Part shown: positions 10,741-20,212 of the stretch, in pieces
How positions within the stretch are numbered: the stretch's first letter is position 1
Layout: each line of letters starts with the position of its first letter
Virus record (IMG/VR): IMGVR_UViG_3300035704_000393
Coordinates: 1-64,000 of that record
Source: a virus
Strand: one strand, 5' to 3'
DNA length: 64,000 bases
Notes under the pieces: model-generated
What the model was told of the DNA's origin: nothing
What the model saw: the letters and a program-made list of their open reading frames with translations, nothing else
The model's database searches: none
Made by a program: the position numbers and the translations under genes

Positions 10741-13700
10741 GTGACGTTCCCGACGATCCCGGACTCCGCATCCGGGCGGATCATCTTCAGCCTCCAGGCC
10801 AACACCACCGCGACCCGCACCTTCCCCAACCTGGGGACGCTGACGAAGAACCCCGGCGACCTGCTCATCGCCATCTGCGTCTGCTACCAGTCGAGCCTGA
10901 CCGCGAACGTGTTCTCCGGCTGGGGCACGGGCTGGACCGAGTTCCACGACTCGGCCGGCTCGTCGCTGATGTGCGTCGGCATGGCGTACAAGTGGTCCAC
11001 CGGGTCCGAGACCGGCACCTTCTCGGTGACGCAGGGCGGCACGATCACCGGGCACGCCGCGCTGCTCGTCATGTCCATCCCCGGCGCGCACGCCACCAGC
11101 CCCCCCGAGGCCGGCTCCCGGGCGTCCGGCACCAGCACGGCCGCCGACCCGGCCGCGTTCTCCCCGTCCTGGGGCGCGGACGACAACCTGTGGATCGCGG
11201 TCGGCGGCGCGGGCGAGACCTCCACCACCGGGTCGTTCACCGGGCTGAACACCGCGCCGACGAACTACGCCGGCTACTTCGGGACGAACTTCACCTCCGA
11301 CGTGGTGGGCGGTACCGGGCAGGCGGTCGCGTTCCGGCAGCTCAACGCCGCGTCTGAGGACGTGGCCGGGTTCGGCGTTGACACGTCCAACGCGCGCAAC
11401 GCCGCGGTCGTCATCGCGGTCCGCCCGGCCCCCGCCGCCGTCCCGGAGGACAGCCCGGGCCTGGAGGCCAGCGGGTTCGGCTCGTTCGACGGCATCGCGT
11501 CCGGCGACACCATCACCTCGGTCACCGCGACGGTCGGCCAGTGGCAGTCGGCCACCGCCGGCATGAGCGCGCCGACCTACGAGCTGTGGGACGGCACCAC
11601 CGCCCGGATCGGCTCCGCCCAGGCCGGGTCCGTGGCCACCGCCACCACTAACACCGACTCGGTGACCTGGACCGGGGTCGCCTACGCCCAGCTCGCCGAC
11701 CTGCGGCTGCGGGTGTACGCCCACTCGGCGTCGGCGCCGTCCGGCACGGTCCAGAACGTTGATTTCGTGGCCTTGTCGGTCGCCTTCGTGCCGGTTCAGG
11801 GCGGCACGGCCGTCACCGCGGGCCTGCCCGCAGGCACCGGGACCGCGCCGCCGTCGGCCGGCCACCTGGCCGCGGCTCCCGCGGCGGGCGCGCCAGCCGG
11901 AGCCGGCACCAGCCCGCAGCCGAACGGATCACCGGCCGGCACGCCAGTCGCGGGCAGCCCGGCAGGCGCCGGGACAGCACCCCGGCCCGCCCCGGCTGCC
12001 GCCGCCGCCGCCGCGGCCGGCCTGCCCGCCGGAGCCGGCGCCAGCCCGCCGCCGCAAGGCCACCCGGCCTCGGCTCCCGCTCCGCCCGTCCCAGCCGGGA
12101 CCGGCACCGCGCCGCCGCCGTCCCGCGGTATCACGGTCCAGCCCGGCGCAGCGCAGGGCACCGGCACCGCCAGCTCGCCGGCACCGGCCGCCGCAGCCGC
12201 CGCCGGGGCCGCGCAGGGAACCGGCCAGGCGCCGCGGCCGTCCCCGGCTGCCGCCGTCCGCGCCGGACCCGCCCAGGCCGCCGGCGCCGCACCCGCAGCG
12301 GCCCCCGCGGTCACCGTCAGCGCGGGCCTGGCCGCCGGGACCGGCACGAGCCCGCCGCCCGCCGGGACCGCGGCCACCGCACCCGCGCCGCCCGCCCCGG
12401 CCGGGACCGGCACGGCGCCGCCGCCGTCGCCGGCCGCCGCAGCCGCGCCAGCGGCCGGACCCGCCCAGGGCGCCGGGCAGGCGCCGCCGCCATCCCGCGC
12501 CGTCACGGCCAGCGCCGGGCTCGCAGCGGGCACCGGGACGGCCCCGCCATCGTCGGCCTCCACGCTGACCGCCGGGCAGGGCCAGGCTGGCCCGGCCCAG
12601 GGCACAGGGCCGGGCCTGCCACCTCAAGGTAGCCCCGCTGCCTCGATCACCGCCCCGCCAGCCCAGGGCGCTGGTACGGTACCAGGACCGGTCCTGGCCG
12701 TGGCCGTCCGCGCAGCCGCAGCGGCGAGCGGCACCGGCCAGGCACCGGCCCCCGCCGCCGGCGCCGGAACCGTTGCAGGCGCACCAGCCGGCGCCGGCGC
12801 GGCGCCCCGCCCCGCAATCGGCATCGCCGTCCCGGCCGGAGCCGGCCAGGCACCCGGAGCCGGCCAGGCACCCCAGCCCGCGATCGCCGCGATCGGCAAC
12901 GGCACCGGCACCGCAGGCCAGGCAGCGGGCGCCGGGACCGCACCAGGACCGGCCCCGTCGCCCGCTGTCCCCGCCGGCCCAGCAGCCGGGCAGGGCCAGG
13001 CCCCGGCCCCGCAGGCAGGCGCCGGAGCGCTCGCCGGCCAGGCCGCCGGAACCGGGACAGCCCCGGGGCCGCAGCCGGGCGCCACCAAGACTGTCAGCGC
13101 AGGGCTGGCAGCCGGCACCGGCCAGGCATCTGCACCGGCCCCAGCCGGTGCCGGGCAGCCCAGCCCAGGCCCCGCGGCCGGGACCGGGACCGCGCCGCCA
13201 CCGCAGATCCTCGCGCAGGGCATCGGCCTCGGCCAGCCGCAGGCCGCCCAGGGCGCCGGCCAGGCACCGGCATCCGCGGCCCAGCCCGCCATCACCGTCC
13301 AGCCCGGACCCGCAGCCGGCGCCGGCACGGCCGCAACCCCGGCCAGCGGCGCCGCCGTCCAGGCCGGACCCGCAAGCTCGGCGGGGCAGGCGCCGCGCCC
13401 GGCCGCGGCCCTGGCGCCCGTCGCACCGGCCGCCACCGGAACCGGGCAGGCACCCGGCCCGCAGGTGTCCACCGTCCCGCAGGCCACCGTCCACCCAGGA
13501 CCCGCCACCGCGGCCGGGCAGGCGCCCGGACCAGCACCCGCCACGACCGCGGCCGTCCACCCCGGCGCCGCAGCCGGAACCGGCCAGCCACCCGCCCCGA
13601 CTACCGCGGGCGCGTTCACCGCCCGCCCAGCCACCGGAACCGGCACCGCGCCGGTCCCCGGTCTGCTCGCCGCCGTCGCGCTTCACCCGCTCACGGCGGC

Positions 13701-14064
13701 CGGTGCCGGCGCAGCCCTCCCGGCGACAGGACAGGGCGCCTACGCCGTCACCGCCGGGCCGGCCAGCAGCCAAGGCGCCGCGCTGACGGCCGCGCTGACG
13801 CTGGCCGCCAGGGCGCACGCACTGGCCGCGCTCGGAACCGGCACCGCCCCGCCACCCGTGGCACGGGCGACGTCAACCGTCTCGCTGCTCACCGGCGTGA
13901 CAGCCCGCCCACCCGAAACCGCCTGGGCCGCCGGGCCGCCAGCCGGCGGCGCCTGGGCGGCACGCGAACCCGCGGCCAGGTGGGCGGCAAGAAACCCGGC
14001 CAGCCGCTGGAGTGCGCGGACAGCGGTCAGCCGGTGGGCGGCCGGACCGCCGAACAGCGAGTAG
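10741..14064 (+). CDS. Putative fibre protein: N-terminal beta domains, long array of ~20-aa AGxAxG(T/A)GxAPxP repeats, C-terminal WAA repeats
   Basis: Repeat array ~11810-13860 visible in translation; C-terminal WAAGPP/WAAREP/WAARNP/WSARTA/WAAGPP. Confidence 0.7.
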   Translation: MTFPTIPDSASGRIIFSLQANTTATRTFPNLGTLTKNPGDLLIAICVCYQSSLTANVFSGWGTGWTEFHDSAGSSLMCVGMAYKWSTGSETGTFSVTQGGTITGHAALLVMSIPGAHATSPPEAGSRASGTSTAADPAAFSPSWGADDNLWIAVGGAGETSTTGSFTGLNTAPTNYAGYFGTNFTSDVVGGTGQAVAFRQLNAASEDVAGFGVDTSNARNAAVVIAVRPAPAAVPEDSPGLEASGFGSFDGIASGDTITSVTATVGQWQSATAGMSAPTYELWDGTTARIGSAQAGSVATATTNTDSVTWTGVAYAQLADLRLRVYAHSASAPSGTVQNVDFVALSVAFVPVQGGTAVTAGLPAGTGTAPPSAGHLAAAPAAGAPAGAGTSPQPNGSPAGTPVAGSPAGAGTAPRPAPAAAAAAAAGLPAGAGASPPPQGHPASAPAPPVPAGTGTAPPPSRGITVQPGAAQGTGTASSPAPAAAAAAGAAQGTGQAPRPSPAAAVRAGPAQAAGAAPAAAPAVTVSAGLAAGTGTSPPPAGTAATAPAPPAPAGTGTAPPPSPAAAAAPAAGPAQGAGQAPPPSRAVTASAGLAAGTGTAPPSSASTLTAGQGQAGPAQGTGPGLPPQGSPAASITAPPAQGAGTVPGPVLAVAVRAAAAASGTGQAPAPAAGAGTVAGAPAGAGAAPRPAIGIAVPAGAGQAPGAGQAPQPAIAAIGNGTGTAGQAAGAGTAPGPAPSPAVPAGPAAGQGQAPAPQAGAGALAGQAAGTGTAPGPQPGATKTVSAGLAAGTGQASAPAPAGAGQPSPGPAAGTGTAPPPQILAQGIGLGQPQAAQGAGQAPASAAQPAITVQPGPAAGAGTAATPASGAAVQAGPASSAGQAPRPAAALAPVAPAATGTGQAPGPQVSTVPQATVHPGPATAAGQAPGPAPATTAAVHPGAAAGTGQPPAPTTAGAFTARPATGTGTAPVPGLLAAVALHPLTAAGAGAALPATGQGAYAVTAGPASSQGAALTAALTLAARAHALAALGTGTAPPPVARATSTVSLLTGVTARPPETAWAAGPPAGGAWAAREPAARWAARNPASRWSARTAVSRWAAGPPNSE

Positions 14065-14346
14065 GACCTCCTACGCGCCACGGCGGTCCGGCCAATCACC
14101 TCACCTCAAACCGGACCGGAAAACATGAACGACGGCTTCGCGATGGTCCCGCTCGGCCCGTTCAACGCCGCCGACGGCCGGTGGTGCTGCGGGCTGCGCT
14201 GCACCGGCCGCGTGCCCGGCGTCCCGTGCCCCTACGGGCTCAGGGTCCGCCCGACAGCCAGCAAGGGAGACACGCCGCGTGCTAGCACTAGCCCAGTGGG
14301 TCACGGACTGGCTGAACCGCCGGCGCCGCCGGAACAGGAGGAACCG

Positions 14347-14825
14347 ATGGACACGAGCCCGGACACCTGGACCGCGCCATAGCCGACCTCTCCTGGGTCA
14401 CCACCAGGCTCGCCGTCGGCGCCGCCCTGGACGGGGCCGCTGACATCCGCCTGCTGCCCGCAGCCGGGATCACCCACTGCGTCGACGTCCGCGCCGAAGC
14501 CGACGACACCACCCTCATGACCGCCGCCGGCCTGGCCTACCTGCACCACGGCACCGCAGACGACCTGGTGGACGACAAGCCCCCGGAATGGTTCCGGCCC
14601 GCCGTCGAGTTCATCCTCGACGCGACCGCCCTGCCCCGGTTCAAGACCCTGATCTACTGCGCCGCCGGCTTGTCCCGCGCCCCGTCCCTGGCCTACGCCG
14701 TCATGCGCGCCCAGGGCTGGCCGGCCGACCTCGCCGAAGCCAAGGTCTGCCTGGCACGGCAGCTCACCGGCCTGACCTACAAAGACTCCGCCGACCGGGC
14801 CGTGCACCAGCTCGGCTACACCTAA
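14347..14825 (+). CDS. Dual-specificity/tyrosine phosphatase (CX5R), with frame discontinuity near 14379
   Basis: Frame from 14379 reads IADLSWVTTRLAVGAA...GITHCVDVR...DD...IYCAAGLSRAPS; the RBS-bearing ATG at 14347 is in another frame that stops at 14382. Confidence 0.75.
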
Positions 14826-14936
14826 GACCCCCCGTTCGCGGCGGGAACACGCGGGGGCGCCCGGGCCTGGCACCTCCGGCAGGCCCGGCCGCCCCCGCGC
14901 TAATAAATTTAATAAGTCCCAGGTCAGGAGGCCGCC

Positions 14937-15107
14937 GTGGCTCTCATCGTCATCGGGATCATCTGCATCATCCTGGCCGTCGTCCTCCCGCTGGCCGTGC
15001 TGTGGACGATCGGCGTCATCCTGATCGTCATCGGCCTGATCCTGGTCGCCCTGTCGTTCGTGCCGTCCTACTCCGGCCGCTGGTACGGCCGCCGCCGCTA
15101 CTGGTGA
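14937..15107 (+). CDS. Small two-TM protein resembling DUF6131
   Basis: AGGAGG RBS; LIVIGIICIILAVVLPLAVLWTIGVILIVIGLIL...GRRRYW (below ORF-track size cutoff). Confidence 0.7.
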   Translation: MALIVIGIICIILAVVLPLAVLWTIGVILIVIGLILVALSFVPSYSGRWYGRRRYW

Positions 15108-15352
15108 CCGCGATGCTCACCGACGATGACCGCCGCGCCCGGTACGCCCGCCAGGCCGGCCCCGGAACCCGGCCGCTCACCGGCCCGCAGCGCCGCAGGA
15201 TGAAGCACAAGGCCGCCCGCGCCCGCGACGCCGCACCGCGACGCGACGCCGCCGCCGCCGCCCGCACCGCCCGCGACGCCGCCGCCGCGCAGGCCCGCGA
15301 CGCCGAGCTGCTCGGCCGCAGGCTCCCGCTCCAGCTGCCCCCGCTCGGCTGA
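15104..15352 (+). CDS. Small basic hypothetical protein
   Basis: GTGA overlap; LTGPQRRRMKHK. Confidence 0.5.
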   Translation: MTAMLTDDDRRARYARQAGPGTRPLTGPQRRRMKHKAARARDAAPRRDAAAAARTARDAAAAQARDAELLGRRLPLQLPPLG

Positions 15353-15365
15353 CGGGACGGCCGCG

Positions 15366-15665
15366 GTGCGGATACTGGCAACCTCCCGGACCTACATGTA
15401 CATCGAGATCGACCCGCCGCCCGAGATCGGCGACGTCACCCAGTACCCGCCCGAGGCCGCGCTGATCGCCGACAACGGAACCGAGCCCGCCGACACCGAC
15501 TACAGCGCCGCGTCGTGGATCTCCGGCAAGGTCGCCCTGCTCGTCGGACCCGGCGGCAACGGCGCCGTCTCCTACCCGGCCGGGGACTACTTCGCGTTCG
15601 CGCGGATCACCGCCGGCGTCGAGCAGGTCGTGCTCCCCTCCGGCCGGGTCCGCATCGGCCTGTGA
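15366..15665 (+). CDS. Hypothetical small beta-sandwich virion-associated protein
   Basis: ALLVGP...GDY..FARIT...EQVVL.SG pattern. Confidence 0.6.
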   Translation: MRILATSRTYMYIEIDPPPEIGDVTQYPPEAALIADNGTEPADTDYSAASWISGKVALLVGPGGNGAVSYPAGDYFAFARITAGVEQVVLPSGRVRIGL

Positions 15666-15716
15666 ACACACGGAAGGCCCGGCCAACCCGCCCCACACCC
15701 CCGGCCGGAGGCCGCC

Positions 15717-16010
15717 ATGAAAGTCTTCCGCTACGAGGTCCCGGACGACGACCAGTGGCACGAGATCACCCTGGCCGGCCCGATCGTGCACACGGCCATC
15801 CGCGACGGCGCGTTTCACTTCTGGGCGCTCGCCGGCGCCGGCAGCTCCGCCGCCGCGAAGCTGCGCCTGTTCGGCACCGGGGACGAGGTGCCCGAGGACA
15901 CGATGTACCGGGGCACTGCCATCACCGAGTCGGGGCGGCTGGTCCTGCACCTGTTTGAGGCGGCCTTGATGGCTAAGGACCAGCGCCGGACTACGGAGAC
16001 GACGCCGTGA
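15717..16010 (+). CDS. Small conserved phage protein (DUF7352-like)
   Basis: VFRYEVP...FWAL...FGTG.EVP...YRGTA...LVLHLFE. Confidence 0.6.
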   Translation: MKVFRYEVPDDDQWHEITLAGPIVHTAIRDGAFHFWALAGAGSSAAAKLRLFGTGDEVPEDTMYRGTAITESGRLVLHLFEAALMAKDQRRTTETTP

Positions 16011-16040
16011 CGGCGTAGGTACTAGAACACAAGAGGGACA

Positions 16041-17642
16041 GTGACCGCGTTCGCCCCGACCGACTGGCGGCGGCACACCAGCGAGGCATGCCAGCCCCAC
16101 CCGCGCACATGGCCCACCCCCGGCGCCCTGGCCCGCGCCCTCGACCACACCACCCGCGACTCCCTCGCGCTCCAGGTGATCGACCGGGAACTGGTCAAGA
16201 CAGCCGACCACCAGGTCGACGCCGGCGGCCTGATGATCTTCATGAGCCCCCAGGAAGGAAAGAGCCAGCGGGTCTCCCGCCGTTTCCCGCTCTGGCTGCT
16301 GGCCCACGACCCGTCGCTGCGCATAGCGATCGTCAGTTACGAGCAGGAATCCGCGGTCAGGTGGGGCCGGCAGATCCTCCGGGACATCCGGAGCGCGGAC
16401 CCGGCCGTGCTCGACGTCCAGCTGATGGCCGACAGCTCGGCCGCCGGCCGGTGGGACACCCGCGAGGGAGGTGGTGTCTACTGCGTCGGCGTTGGCGGTG
16501 CCTTGACTGGCCGTCCCGTCGACGTGTTACCCCTGCTTATTATTGATGACCCAGTGAAAGGCCGCGAGGAAGCCGAATCGGAGATCATCAGGTCCCGCGC
16601 CTGGGACTGGTGGGAAAACGTAGCACTCACGAGACTCGCGTCTAACGGCGTGGCGATCCTGATGATGACTCGCTGGCACGAGATGGACCTGGCCGGCGCC
16701 ATCCTGGCCCGGCCCTCCCCGATGCAGTGGCGCATCCTGAAGATCCCCGCCATCAGCCACGGCAAAGGCGACCCGCTCGGCCGCCCCGAAGGCGCCGAGA
16801 TGCCCTCGGTCCGGGACCGCCCGCCCGGCTACTTCACCCACCGCCGGGCCACGACCACCCCCTACGTCTGGTCCTCGATCTTCGACCAGCAGCCCACCGC
16901 GGCCGTCGGCAACTTCTTCCGCCGCCAGGCGTTCCGCTACTGGCGGACCGTCACCGGGCAGCCCGACCCGGCGCTCATCCTCGGCCGGCCCCACATGACC
17001 GGCGCGTGGATCGAGCTGGAAGGCCGCCGCCGCGTCGACCTCACCGACCCCGGCGTGTGGCGCTTCGCGACCTGCGACGTCGCCGCATCGGAGAAGACCT
17101 CCGCGGACTACACGGTGGTCTCGGTGTGGTGCATCGACCGGGAAGGCGACCTGATCCTGCTCGACCGGGCCAGGGGCCAGATCGAGATGGCCAACCACTT
17201 CGACATGGCCAAGCCGCTCCGGGACCGCTGGCACTACGACGTCCTGTACGTCGAGCACTCGTTCTACTCCAAGACCCTGGTCATCGACGCGCGGACCAAC
17301 GGCGTCCCGGTAGCCGAAGTCCAGGCGGACACCGACAAGGTGACCCGGGCCATCCCCGCGGCCGGCCGGCTCCACTCCGGCAAATGCTGGTTCCCCGCAG
17401 CCGCGCCCTGGCTCAGCGAGTGGGAAGACGAGCTGGCGTCGTTCCCGCGCGGCGCCCATGACGATCAGGTCGACTGCTTCTCGTACGCCGCCCGGATCGC
17501 CGCCGCGCACTGGACGCCGCCCCCGCCGCCGTCGCGGCCCGCCCCGGTCGGCCCTGACCTGGAGCGCATCGCCAGCGCCTACGCCGCCGGCACCGGGAAC
17601 GGCGACCACCACGTCGACATCATGAAACTGCCGCTGGGCTGA
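16041..17642 (+). CDS. terL: Terminase large subunit (Terminase_6-type ATPase plus RNaseH-like nuclease)
   Basis: Walker A PQEGKS, GVGGALTG, Walker B IIDDPVKG, motif III MTRWH, nuclease CDVA...DYT, FPRGAHDDQVD. Confidence 0.95.
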   Translation: MTAFAPTDWRRHTSEACQPHPRTWPTPGALARALDHTTRDSLALQVIDRELVKTADHQVDAGGLMIFMSPQEGKSQRVSRRFPLWLLAHDPSLRIAIVSYEQESAVRWGRQILRDIRSADPAVLDVQLMADSSAAGRWDTREGGGVYCVGVGGALTGRPVDVLPLLIIDDPVKGREEAESEIIRSRAWDWWENVALTRLASNGVAILMMTRWHEMDLAGAILARPSPMQWRILKIPAISHGKGDPLGRPEGAEMPSVRDRPPGYFTHRRATTTPYVWSSIFDQQPTAAVGNFFRRQAFRYWRTVTGQPDPALILGRPHMTGAWIELEGRRRVDLTDPGVWRFATCDVAASEKTSADYTVVSVWCIDREGDLILLDRARGQIEMANHFDMAKPLRDRWHYDVLYVEHSFYSKTLVIDARTNGVPVAEVQADTDKVTRAIPAAGRLHSGKCWFPAAAPWLSEWEDELASFPRGAHDDQVDCFSYAARIAAAHWTPPPPPSRPAPVGPDLERIASAYAAGTGNGDHHVDIMKLPLG

Positions 17643-17680
17643 CCGGGATTTTACGAAAAAACGCAACGTAAAAACCCCGG
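17643..17680. terminator. Stem-loop immediately after terL, possibly bidirectional terminator
   Basis: ccggg-a-ttttacg ... cgtaaaa-ac-cccgg. Confidence 0.6.
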
Positions 17681-17682
17681 CG

Positions 17683-18323
17683 CGGGGAGGGTAGCTAGTC
17701 CTCCCCGGCCGGGCCGTCACCGTACGCGCCCGGTGTCCACGGCGCCAGGACATCAGCGGACCGGGCTCGCGCCTGGTCACTCTTCACCGGTAGGCCGCGG
17801 TAGCTAATCCCCGCAGCCGGCTGCCGGCCTGGACGATCTGAAGTTGTAGGGACCGGCGAGAGGCTGAGGCCACGACGTCCCGTGGTCCCCTCCCGGCCGC
17901 GCGTCCTGAACGCCGGCCCCAGGTCTGTGTCAGTCAGAGGACCAGAGCGGGGCACCGGCCGGGATTATTGTCAGCTACCCTCCCCGGGTCGTGGCCACTC
18001 ACCGGATGCTCTCACCTATCGTCGTCCCGTTCGCAACGTTCGCTCCCGGTTTCGCTTTCACCGTTCACGCTCCGCAAGCCTTCGTTCAGGGATCGCCCTC
18101 CGCCTGTCGTTGCTCCCAAGTCCATGTTGGGGTCGTGGCGTCTGGGTCGTGGTCGTTAGCCGTCAGGGCTGTTTCATAGCGCTACTCTGCGGGCCGGGGC
18201 ACCTCCGTAGTCCGGTGCCCCGCTCTGGTCCTCTGTTGAGTTGTGACGGCCGGGGCCGGGGGGTTCCTTCAGCGGTGGTGTCCCGCTGCGGCTGATCCCG
18301 GTTCCGGGTTGTTCCCCGGCCGT
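17683..18323 (-). ncRNA. Candidate large structured non-coding RNA (or invertible DNA element); strand tentative
   Basis: No credible ORF; 24-bp perfect IR 17935-17958/18212-18235; 14-bp IR 17683-17696/17973-17986; 10-bp stem 18246-18255/18314-18323; promoter-like TGTTATACC on - strand just upstream. Confidence 0.45.
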
Positions 18324-18646
18324 TCACTAGGTATAACAAACCACCGCGGATTTAATTCCCGGTGACGGGAGAACATTTCCGGCCTGCCCCTGCAAGGCCG
18401 GGCTACGACGACCACGCCCAGATCCAGTTCTTCGGCCACCACCGCCACCGGAACCGCAGGCACGGGCACCCCGGCGCCGAGCACTCAGTCGGCGGCCGGC
18501 CCCCCGGCGACCGGTAATGCAGGTGACCCGCCCGGCGATCCCGGCACACGCAGACACGGTTCACGCTCGTCCCCTCCCTGGCCCGGGATCGTAACGGCCG
18601 CCGTGTCCCCCCCGCCGCCGAACCGCTGAAAGAGAAGGGGCTCCCC

Positions 18647-19354
18647 GTGCACGACCCCCTCGTGGTGGCCCACACCATCGTCCGGCCCTGGCCGCAGCGC
18701 AGCTCCCTGCCCGCCACCGGCAGCAGCGGCGACGGCGTGCGCTGGCAGATCCGCCACCACCACACCTGCACCAGCTACTGCCGGGACAACGACCCGCCCC
18801 ACCGGCCCGGCCCGTTCCCCTGGTGGAAACCCCGCTCCTACCGGCGGTTCTGGCGGCTCGCCGGCCGCGACTGGTACTGGCCGCCCCTGGTCACCATCTG
18901 GCACTCCGAGCCCGGCGGCGCCGACGCCCTCTCGGTCTGCCAGCGCCGCTACCGCGACTCCCGCGGCCAGTGGCGGTACTCCAAGGGCTGGAGGTGGCAT
19001 GTCCACCACTGGCACGTCAAGATCGAGCCGTTCACCACCTGGCGGCGGCGGCTGCTGACCCGCTGCGCCTGGTGCGGCGGCCGGTCCCGCAAACGCGACG
19101 AGGTGAACCACTCGTTTTCCTGGGACGGCCCCCGCACCCGCTGGTGGCAAGGCGAACCGGGCCTCTACCACCGCGACTGCTCGTCCGCCGCCTCCGCCCA
19201 CCGCCAGTGCGGCTGCGCCGAGCCCGCCCCGGCGCACGGCACGTGGGGCCACTGCCTGCGCTGCGACAAGCCCTACCCGTACGGCCGCACCCCGGAGCAG
19301 CTCGCCGTCATCCGGGCGATGGCCGCCGTTCCCGAGGGCACCCGGCCCGGGTAA
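18647..19354 (+). CDS. Hypothetical Trp/His/Cys-rich phage protein
   Basis: GAAGGGG RBS; CAWC, HRDC, CLRC motifs. Confidence 0.65.
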   Translation: MHDPLVVAHTIVRPWPQRSSLPATGSSGDGVRWQIRHHHTCTSYCRDNDPPHRPGPFPWWKPRSYRRFWRLAGRDWYWPPLVTIWHSEPGGADALSVCQRRYRDSRGQWRYSKGWRWHVHHWHVKIEPFTTWRRRLLTRCAWCGGRSRKRDEVNHSFSWDGPRTRWWQGEPGLYHRDCSSAASAHRQCGCAEPAPAHGTWGHCLRCDKPYPYGRTPEQLAVIRAMAAVPEGTRPG

Positions 19355-19534
19355 GCCCGGCGGGGCCAGGCCCGGCGCACGCCGGCAGGCCCCCCGGCGG
19401 CGCGCGGCATGGACGGGACCGCAACGCGCGCCGCCGCTTCCCTCAGCGCCACGCGCAACCGGGCCTGGCTGACCATCTCATGCCCCGCCTGTGGAGGCGT
19501 CATGCACAGGCTGTGAAGAACCTGTGGAGACCGC

Positions 19535-20212
19535 GTGGACGACGCAACCGCCAGGCCGCTCGTAGCGCTGCTCGCCGCCGCGATCTTCCACCAGGGGCAG
19601 GGCTGGCCGCCCGAGACCCTGATCGCCGACGCGGACCGGTTCCTCGCCTGGCTCACCCCACCCGGCCCGGCCGCACACCTGACCCTCACCGTCGAAGGAG
19701 ATCCCATGCCGCTGACCATCGACTCGGCAGGCGCCAAGGCCGTCCTGGAGTTCGCCGACCGGGAAGGCGAACCGGTGAACCCGCCGTCCGGCACCCAGGC
19801 CACCGCCACCTCGTCCGACCCCGCCGTGCTGGCCGTCGGCCCCGCCCAGGCCGGCACCGACACGGCCAGCGGCGCGGCCACCATCGAGTTCCCGCTGACC
19901 CCGGCCGGCGCCGGCACCGCGACCCTGACCGTGCACGCCACCGACGCGTCCGGCAACCCGCTGCTCGGCCCGGACGCCGCCACCCCGATCACCGACGCCG
20001 CGCCGGTCAACGTCACCGTCAACCCCGGCGCCGCCGCAACCGAGCGGTTCACCGTCCCGGACGCCGCACCCGGCCCGGTCGGCGGCGGCCTGGGCTCGGC
20101 GACCGCCGCGCAGGGACAGCCCGGCACGGCCCCGCCTGACGCCCAGCCGCCCGGCGACCCGCAGGACGCCGGCCCCGCCCTCACCCAGCAGGACGGCCAG
20201 CCCGGGCAGTGA
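19535..20212 (+). CDS. Ig-like domain protein with possible internal in-frame start at 19706
   Basis: ATATSSDPAVLAV...GTATLTV Ig-like motif; GAAGGAG before internal ATG. Confidence 0.6.
   Translation: MDDATARPLVALLAAAIFHQGQGWPPETLIADADRFLAWLTPPGPAAHLTLTVEGDPMPLTIDSAGAKAVLEFADREGEPVNPPSGTQATATSSDPAVLAVGPAQAGTDTASGAATIEFPLTPAGAGTATLTVHATDASGNPLLGPDAATPITDAAPVNVTVNPGAAATERFTVPDAAPGPVGGGLGSATAAQGQPGTAPPDAQPPGDPQDAGPALTQQDGQPGQ

Noticed and set aside
11810-13860. Repetitive DNA that could be taken for a CRISPR array
   Set aside because: Degenerate at nucleotide level and conserved as in-frame peptide repeats; no constant repeat/unique spacer pattern and no cas genes
16500-16560. Intein or intron in terL near Walker B
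   Set aside because: Only a short extra stretch (VDVLPLLIIDD) and low-GC codons; no splicing motifs and normal protein length
17935-18235. Retron msr/msd or IS element interpretation of the 24-bp inverted repeat
   Set aside because: No reverse transcriptase or transposase recognised in the window and no clear target-site duplication; retained only as an unknown structured element
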